Assembly: GCA_025454375.1 (NCBI GenBank)
Contig: JALOOO010000007.1
Coordinates: 908-64,907 of the forward strand
Origin: Leptolyngbya sp. Prado105
GTDB lineage: Bacteria > Cyanobacteriota > Cyanobacteriia > Leptolyngbyales > Leptolyngbyaceae
Reading direction: 5' to 3'
Length of the DNA stretch: 64,000 bases
Every line of letters starts with the position of its first letter. The first letter of the stretch is position 1. The translations under genes were made by a program, and so were the position numbers. The notes beneath the pieces are model-generated. The model made no database searches. It was given only the letters and a program-made list of their open reading frames with translations, and had not been told where the DNA came from. Below are positions 57,997-64,000 of this stretch, one piece after another.

Positions 57997-60027
57997 CTAG
58001 GACACGAGGTAAGTGTACCCGCTTAAGCTGCGTTCATAGTTCTGAAGCAATAACTGCGATTCTTGCAGAGTAATTCGATTTTCCGCGAGCGCTAGTTCTG
58101 TCTGGAGTCGAATACTTTCGATCATGTCTTCTGGATCGTATTGGACATAGCCTAGAACTTCTTTCATCGTGTCGCCGCGCACTACATGCTGGATTTGATA
58201 GCCCTTGGGCGTAAGCTGAATGTGAACGGTGTTGGTATCGCCAAACAGGTTGTGCAGATTACCCATAATCTCCTGGTAAGCTCCGTTCAGGAACATGCCG
58301 AGATAGTAAGGTTCACCCGGTTTCAAAGCATGAAGTTCTAGTACGGGTTTGACATCGCGCAGATCGATGAATTGATCGATTTTGCCATCGCTATCACAGG
58401 TCAGATCGGCAAGCGTCACCCGGCTTGTCGGTTCCTCGTTGAGACGGTGAATCGGCATGATCGGAAAAAGTTGATCGATCGCCCAACTATCAGGAGCCGA
58501 CTGAAAGACCGATAGGTTCATATAGTACATGGATGCCATGATCTGTTCGAGATCGGCGAGATCATCAGGAATGTAGTCAAGCTGACGCGAGAGCGCAATG
58601 ATTTTATGGCAGCATGACCAATACAGACGCTCTGCTCTAGCACGTTCGGTCAGACTGAGGTAGCCGAACCCAAACAGGTTGACCGCTTCATCTTTGAATT
58701 GAGTTGCATCGTGATACATCTCTAGGAAATTCTCAGAGGTAATCGAGGTGTAGGTTTCGTAGAGATTTTGCACAATCATATGTTCATCTTTCGTCGGAGA
58801 TTGTGGAACCTCGCAGGAGACATCGCTGGTGCCAAGAATGTTGAAGACGAGTACGGATTGATGTGATGCGATCGCTCTACCGCTCTCACTAATCAAAGTT
58901 GGAACGGGAAGAGTTGCAGCGGTGCAAGCATCTTTTACGGCTGCGACGACATCATTAGCATAGTTCTGAGTCGTGTAATTTTTAGACGCATGAAAATTCG
59001 TTTGCGAGCCGTCATAGTCCACACCTAAACCGCCACCGACATCCATATATTTCATGTCGGCTCCGAGTTTGCAGAGTTCGACATAGATTTGACTCGCCTC
59101 TCGCATCGCTTCTTTCAAGACACTAATTGCGGAAATTTGAGAGCCAATGTGAAAATGCAGCAGTTGTAGGCATCCCAGCATATTTGCTTCTTTCAACCGA
59201 TTCACCGCATGAATGATTTCGGGAATGGTCAGTCCAAATTTTGCTCGATCACCAGCAGATGTCCCCCAGCGTCCAATCCCTTTTGCGTTCAATTTGGCAC
59301 GAACGCCTAGAATTGGCTCGACTCCGAGTTTCTTGCTCGCTTCGATCGCAAATTCAACTTCTTCGGGTTGTTCTAGCACAATGATCGAAGTTTGTCCCAG
59401 TCGCCGTGCCAACATTGCGGTTTCGATGTACTCCCGATCTTTGTAACCATTGCAGACCAGCAGCGCACCGGGAGTTTTGAGCGATGCGAGGGCAATCATC
59501 AATTCAGGCTTTGATCCCGCTTCTAAGCCAAACTGATGCGGCTGTCCGAAGCGAACGAGGTCTTCGACTAAATGGCGTTGCTGATTGCATTTCACTGGAA
59601 AAACGCCGCGATAGACTCCGGGATAGCTGTATCGTGCGATCGCTTTTGCAAAGGCAGAATTAATCCGCTCAATCCGATCTTCTAAAATATCCGAGAAGCG
59701 AATCAGCAGCGGCAGTCCTAGATTTCGCTGTTTGAGAGCATTCACCAATTCAAAGAGGTCGAGCGATCCGCCCCGATTTCCTTTAGGAGAAACGGTGACA
59801 TGTCCTGCTGCATTAATTGAGAAATACGGATCGCCCCAGCCCTGGATGCGGTAGAGTTCTTCGCTGTCTTCGATCGTCCATTGTTTTTGGCTTGAGGTCG
59901 GTTCAGTGGGGCGCAGTTTTCCATTTGATTTACCGTTCGGCTTGCCGTTTGAGCGATGACTTGGGGTTTCTAACGTCTCTTCAGGCTGTAGGTTTTCCGG
60001 TTTGGCAGTAGCAGTGCGCTCTCCCAT
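57997..60027 (-). CDS. speA: Biosynthetic arginine decarboxylase
   Basis: FPVKCNQ, EAGSKPE, HFHIGSQI, DVGGGLG, SESGRA, DLTCDSDG, GAYQEIMGNLHNLFG. Confidence 0.97.
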   Translation of the reverse strand: MGERTATAKPENLQPEETLETPSHRSNGKPNGKSNGKLRPTEPTSSQKQWTIEDSEELYRIQGWGDPYFSINAAGHVTVSPKGNRGGSLDLFELVNALKQRNLGLPLLIRFSDILEDRIERINSAFAKAIARYSYPGVYRGVFPVKCNQQRHLVEDLVRFGQPHQFGLEAGSKPELMIALASLKTPGALLVCNGYKDREYIETAMLARRLGQTSIIVLEQPEEVEFAIEASKKLGVEPILGVRAKLNAKGIGRWGTSAGDRAKFGLTIPEIIHAVNRLKEANMLGCLQLLHFHIGSQISAISVLKEAMREASQIYVELCKLGADMKYMDVGGGLGVDYDGSQTNFHASKNYTTQNYANDVVAAVKDACTAATLPVPTLISESGRAIASHQSVLVFNILGTSDVSCEVPQSPTKDEHMIVQNLYETYTSITSENFLEMYHDATQFKDEAVNLFGFGYLSLTERARAERLYWSCCHKIIALSRQLDYIPDDLADLEQIMASMYYMNLSVFQSAPDSWAIDQLFPIMPIHRLNEEPTSRVTLADLTCDSDGKIDQFIDLRDVKPVLELHALKPGEPYYLGMFLNGAYQEIMGNLHNLFGDTNTVHIQLTPKGYQIQHVVRGDTMKEVLGYVQYDPEDMIESIRLQTELALAENRITLQESQLLLQNYERSLSGYTYLVS

Positions 60028-60242
60028 TGTTGCTGATCCTCACTTTAGCGATTCTTTAAGAGTTTAGTGTATCGCGGAGTTTATGAAATCGTGGTCATTC
60101 AGATTACGTAGTTTGGAGAGTGAGGGAGTGGGGGAGCGTTTTGTCAATTTGTGGGCTTCTCCAATGCTTCAAATTCGTCCCGATTCTCCAATCTGGGCTA
60201 ATCTAGGTTTGGTAAATTTCACTTCATTCTTGGGAGTCCAGC

Positions 60243-60692
60243 TTGGAACGCACATTTTTAGCCATTAAGCCCGATGGTGTACAACGGAAATTGGTCGGTG
60301 AAATCATTCGCCGCTTTGAAACGAAGGGCTTTACTCTCGTCGGATTGAAATTCATGAATGTCAGCCGTGAGTTGGCTGAGAGCCATTACGGGGTTCACCG
60401 TGAGCGTCCGTTTTTCGCTAGCTTGGTGGAATTTATTACATCGGGTCCTGTTGTGGCGATGGTTTGGGAAGGAGATGGAGTGATTGCGGGTGCGCGAAAG
60501 GTGATTGGCGCAACGAATCCTTTGACGGCTGAACCTGGCACGATTCGCGGTGATTTTGGTGCGAATATTGGGCGGAATTTGATTCACGGTTCGGATGCTC
60601 CAGAAACGGCACAGAGCGAGATCGCATTGTGGTTTAAGGACGAAGAATTGGTGAATTGGTCGCCGACGATCATGGGTTGGATTCACGAGTAA
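60243..60692 (+). CDS. ndk: Nucleoside diphosphate kinase
   Basis: KPDGVQR, GATNP...PGTIRGD, NLIHGSD. Confidence 0.98.
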   Translation: MERTFLAIKPDGVQRKLVGEIIRRFETKGFTLVGLKFMNVSRELAESHYGVHRERPFFASLVEFITSGPVVAMVWEGDGVIAGARKVIGATNPLTAEPGTIRGDFGANIGRNLIHGSDAPETAQSEIALWFKDEELVNWSPTIMGWIHE

Positions 60693-60718
60693 TGGATTAA
60701 CCCGATCCCCGGTAATCA

Positions 60719-60758
60719 ACGCGATTCATCGCATCTCTACGATGAATCGCGTCTCTAC
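60719..60758. repeat. REP/SDR-like element between convergent ndk and the oxygenase gene
   Basis: ACGCGATTCATCG-CATCTCTA-CGATGAATCGCGT (13-bp perfect arms), with two CTCTAC ends (GTAGAG on the other strand). Confidence 0.75.
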
Positions 60759-60782
60759 CCCGATCTAATTCGATCGACATAT

Positions 60783-62210
60783 TCAATTCATCGGTTTCCA
60801 TGTGCCGTGAAATCCGATTGGAATCACTTCGGGTAATGCTAATCGACACACAGGTTGATCCGCTAGATGATCGCGATCGTAAATCCAAACCTCGCTTGTA
60901 TTCGTATTGCCATCGTAAATCACGGTAATAATCCAACCTTGATTCGGATCGATCGCATCAGGGGCATAAATCGGCTCCGTTGGATAGCGATTGTCACCAC
61001 AGTCTGCTTCGGTTAAGGTTCCAGTTTTTTGATCAAATTGTCCGATCGCTCCGAAGAAATCTTTGACTAGATTACTGCCGTTGCGGTGCATTGCAAAATA
61101 GGTGTAGCGCCAGTTTTGTCCGACATCAATCGGGTTGACCACTGGAAATTCTAAGAGTCGATCGAGGAGTTCCTGCTGTTCTAACACTTTTCCAGTTTTG
61201 GGATTGACTCGCACTTGCCAAAGCGTTGACTTTGCTGATGTATGCGTTTCACCCGTAGCGACCTGTCTCAAATATTCATTCGTATTAAAGTCGGCGAGTC
61301 GAATGATATCTACCACAGCATTCCCGTCAGTATCAACACAAGCATTGCTAAAGTGCCATTGAAACCACGGGTCAGTTTCGCCTTTGCTGACAAGTTGTAG
61401 GGTTTCTCGATCGAAGACCAACACCTGAGTTCCAAGTTCTGGCTTCCAGTCGAACGATTCACTAAAACTCTTAATTCTTGCTAACAGCAAAAACGAGTTT
61501 AACCGCAGAGGTGAAACAAAAAATAGTAAGTACTGACCTGCCATCACAAAATCGTGAATAAGGGGACAACCGTCTAGGGTGTAGCTGTCTCGCCGCTTAA
61601 GTTTGCCAGTCGCATCGACACAATACAAATTCAGAATCGCGTCTTTCCCAAAGCTCACACCGAAATTGTAGATATCTCCGGTTTTCGGATCACGTTTTGG
61701 ATGAGCAGAAAAAGGAATTGCCTCCGGTAAGCCTCCTAAAGGGTCAGGTTTTCCAGTCTCTAAGGTTTCTAGATTGAGCGTGTACGGATGTGCGCCTTCC
61801 CAGAGAGCGAGTAAGCGATCGCTCAATGCTAAGACTGAAGTATTTGCCGCATTTTTCAAGCCTTTTGTGAATCGATTGATCAATCCTCCCGGCGGTAGCA
61901 TTCCATAACCGCTATAGATCAATCGTCCGGCTTGTTCCTCGTCTAGGAATTGCGGCGTTTCTACATAGCGATAAACTCCCGTTGCGTCTGCATTGCTAAA
62001 ATGCACAGCTAAGATTGCGCCGTCGCCATCAAACCAATGCCCCACTCTTGTATTGCCTCGTTCTAGGCGACCGGGACCGTTGCGATACAATGAGCCTCTT
62101 AATCCTGTGGGGATTTTGCCTGAGAGTACTGATAGAGATGTCGGCGAAAACCCTTGAGCAGTATGGAGAACAGATTTAATCCAGGGTTGTGATCTGACAG
62201 TAGTAACCAT
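60783..62210 (-). CDS. Carotenoid oxygenase (CCD/RPE65) family dioxygenase
   Basis: GSLYRNGPG, HWFDGDG, four Fe-ligand His contexts FSAHPK, LIHDF, QWHF, GFHG; EFP and TEPIY. Confidence 0.93.
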   Translation of the reverse strand: MVTTVRSQPWIKSVLHTAQGFSPTSLSVLSGKIPTGLRGSLYRNGPGRLERGNTRVGHWFDGDGAILAVHFSNADATGVYRYVETPQFLDEEQAGRLIYSGYGMLPPGGLINRFTKGLKNAANTSVLALSDRLLALWEGAHPYTLNLETLETGKPDPLGGLPEAIPFSAHPKRDPKTGDIYNFGVSFGKDAILNLYCVDATGKLKRRDSYTLDGCPLIHDFVMAGQYLLFFVSPLRLNSFLLLARIKSFSESFDWKPELGTQVLVFDRETLQLVSKGETDPWFQWHFSNACVDTDGNAVVDIIRLADFNTNEYLRQVATGETHTSAKSTLWQVRVNPKTGKVLEQQELLDRLLEFPVVNPIDVGQNWRYTYFAMHRNGSNLVKDFFGAIGQFDQKTGTLTEADCGDNRYPTEPIYAPDAIDPNQGWIITVIYDGNTNTSEVWIYDRDHLADQPVCRLALPEVIPIGFHGTWKPMN

Positions 62211-62219
62211 GATTTTTCC

Positions 62220-62891
62220 TTAGTAAAGTAGCTTACCATCTTCGAGTTCGACAATACGATCGGCGATATCTAAGATGCGATTGTCATGAGTCACGAGTAA
62301 AATCGTGCAGCCTTGTTCTTTAGCAAGGTGTTGCATCAGTTCGACGACATCTCGACCGGATTGTTTATCAAGTGCGGCAGTGGGTTCATCGGCGAGAATA
62401 ATTTTTGGATGACCGACTAATGCGCGAGCAATCGCAACTCTTTGTTTTTGTCCACCCGATAAGTCTGCCGGATAGTAATCGATGCGATGTTCGAGTCCGA
62501 CCGCTGTTAGAATTTGCTCTGCCATTGCCGACGCGGTTGTGTAAGAGGGTTCACTTAATTCTAACGGCATCATGACGTTCTCTCGCACGGTGAGACATTC
62601 AAGGAGATTGTGCGCTTGGAAGATGTAGCCTAGCTGTCTTCTCGCTTGTACGAGTTGGGAGTGAGCAGCATTTGAGAGTTCTTGTCCGAGCAGATTGAGT
62701 CTGCCGGATTGTGTCGATCGTAGACATCCAATTAAGCTCAAAAGTGTCGTTTTCCCTGAGCCGGAAGGTCCTGTCATGATCACGATTTCACCGCTTTGAA
62801 TGTCGAGATTGATATCAGACAAGACTTGCTTTTTCAGTTGACCTTGACCATAGTAATGATCGAGATTTTGAATTGAGATTGCGGTTTTCAT
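62220..62891 (-). CDS. DevA-family ABC exporter ATP-binding subunit
   Basis: GPSGSGKT, IFQAHNL, LSGGQKQRVAIAR, ILADEPT, VTHD. Confidence 0.93.
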   Translation of the reverse strand: MKTAISIQNLDHYYGQGQLKKQVLSDINLDIQSGEIVIMTGPSGSGKTTLLSLIGCLRSTQSGRLNLLGQELSNAAHSQLVQARRQLGYIFQAHNLLECLTVRENVMMPLELSEPSYTTASAMAEQILTAVGLEHRIDYYPADLSGGQKQRVAIARALVGHPKIILADEPTAALDKQSGRDVVELMQHLAKEQGCTILLVTHDNRILDIADRIVELEDGKLLY

Positions 62892-62893
62892 GA

Positions 62894-64000
62894 TTAGAAA
62901 ATATCAGCAGGATCAGCCGATCGCAGTTTTCGTACCGAAATTGCGGCTGAGATAGTACACATCATTGCCGTTAGCACTAACACAAATATGGCTCTTCCAA
63001 GGGTCATCACCATGGGCAAAAGAGTTGCCTGTCTTGTCACTTGATAGAAGCCGAGAGAAATCGCAAATCCAGGGAGAAACCCAATGAATGCCAGGATTAA
63101 TGCTTCTTGAAATACGACTGAAAGCAAATAATTATCGTTAAACCCGATCGCTTTTAGCGTTGCATACTCAGGTAGATGGTCAGAAACATCACTATAGAGA
63201 ATCTGATACACCACTACTGCACCGACGATAAAGCCAATGACTGCGCCTAAATCAAACACATACCCGACAGGGGTGCTGGTATTCCAAAAGCTTTTTTCTT
63301 GCTCCATAAATTCTGCTTTTGACATGACTCGGACATCGTTTGGCAACCCCGATCGTAGATTTTGTAGCACTTGATCGGGGTTTGCATTCGATCGCAGTTT
63401 TACGATGCCAACATCAATCAATCCTTTCTGCCGCCGCTCGCGAAACATTCGCAAAAAGTTTAAATCGCTCGTGATCAGATGCCCGTTAATTCCAAACGAA
63501 GTTCCGAGCTTAAACAATCCAACGACATCAACTCGTCGATTTTCAACCTCAGTCGTCACATTGCCCGAAGCTTGAAATAACTGTGGAACCTGCCCAAATT
63601 CTCTTCGCGCTCCTGCATCAAACATCACAGTGTCAGGACGTCTGAGTAATTCGGTATTGGATCTAACTTCTGGTAACAGAATCGCTTGATGATCTGGATT
63701 GATCCCGATTGCATAGAGATTCCAAATCTGTTGGTTTTCTGGATTCTTCCATTGAACTGGACTCAGGTAAACCGGAGTCACAGATTCTACTCCTGAATAG
63801 CCTAAGGCTTGATATAGTCTGCGCTCTGTAAATCGATCGAGAGAAATTACTGCTTTATAGCGATCGCTCACTAGAAAAATCTCACCATCCAAAACACTGT
63901 GAAGCTGGACTGCACCTTCAAACAATGCACTGCGAAATCCCATTTGCAAAAACATCAGCACATCTGCAAAAGCAATTCCCGCGATCGCAACCAACATTCG
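62894..64000 (-). CDS. DevC-family ABC exporter permease, 5' end probably beyond the window
   Basis: AGIAFADVLMFLQMGF, ILYSDVSDHLPEYATLKAIG, terminal ADPADIF; the frame is open at the window edge. Confidence 0.92.
   Translation of the reverse strand, partial: RMLVAIAGIAFADVLMFLQMGFRSALFEGAVQLHSVLDGEIFLVSDRYKAVISLDRFTERRLYQALGYSGVESVTPVYLSPVQWKNPENQQIWNLYAIGINPDHQAILLPEVRSNTELLRRPDTVMFDAGARREFGQVPQLFQASGNVTTEVENRRVDVVGLFKLGTSFGINGHLITSDLNFLRMFRERRQKGLIDVGIVKLRSNANPDQVLQNLRSGLPNDVRVMSKAEFMEQEKSFWNTSTPVGYVFDLGAVIGFIVGAVVVYQILYSDVSDHLPEYATLKAIGFNDNYLLSVVFQEALILAFIGFLPGFAISLGFYQVTRQATLLPMVMTLGRAIFVLVLTAMMCTISAAISVRKLRSADPADIF

Larger units (their letters stand above)
1..64000. repeat. HIP1 octamer GCGATCGC dispersed throughout
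   Basis: Examples at 207-214, 1623-1630, 2290-2297 and 63981-63988; seen in most genes (not counted exactly). Confidence 0.95.

Noticed and set aside
60697-60936. 79-aa minus-strand ORF
   Set aside because: It overlaps the oxygenase 3' end out of frame, and its tail is a translation of the REP-like palindrome.
1-64000. Prophage, IS element, tRNA/rRNA or CRISPR-Cas
   Set aside because: No integrase, transposase, phage structural or cas genes and no tRNA-like motifs were seen by eye. HIP1 sites occur across accessory genes, arguing against a recent large foreign insertion. tRNAscan-SE and ISEScan would be needed to exclude these formally.

Overview
Chromosomal 64-kb window from a cyanobacterium. 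Evidence: HIP1 GCGATCGC octamers throughout, psaM, an NtcA-box/nrrA locus, a Vipp1/PspA homologue and a BDLP1-like dynamin. A filamentous Leptolyngbya-like host is an inference. Housekeeping genes (nusB, ftsY, cobQ, thrS, speA, ndk, bolA-grxD, psaM, DciA-like) are interspersed with accessory genes. I saw no tRNA, rRNA, CRISPR array or transposase. Three ORFs absent from the supplied track were read directly: the AAA_35 gene running off the left edge (1-1618, minus), a 55-aa HTH gene (14832-14999) and psaM (24290-24385). The most interesting loci are: (1) a tightly packed TIR-AAA_35 / PD-(D/E)xK-like nuclease / AAA_35-TM-coiled-coil trio; (2) a divergent pair of LabA/NYN paralogues, one with an Asp->Asn change at a conserved acidic site, flanking a perfect 58-bp tandem duplication and the hidden HTH gene; (3) a PspA/Vipp1-like, small membrane protein and two-dynamin cluster; (4) a structured intergenic sRNA candidate ending at a bidirectional terminator; (5) an unknown 924-aa outer-membrane-like protein facing a small secreted protein and its frameshifted duplicate, next to a 1.6-kaa RTX surface protein. 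Family names come from motif recognition, not database searches.
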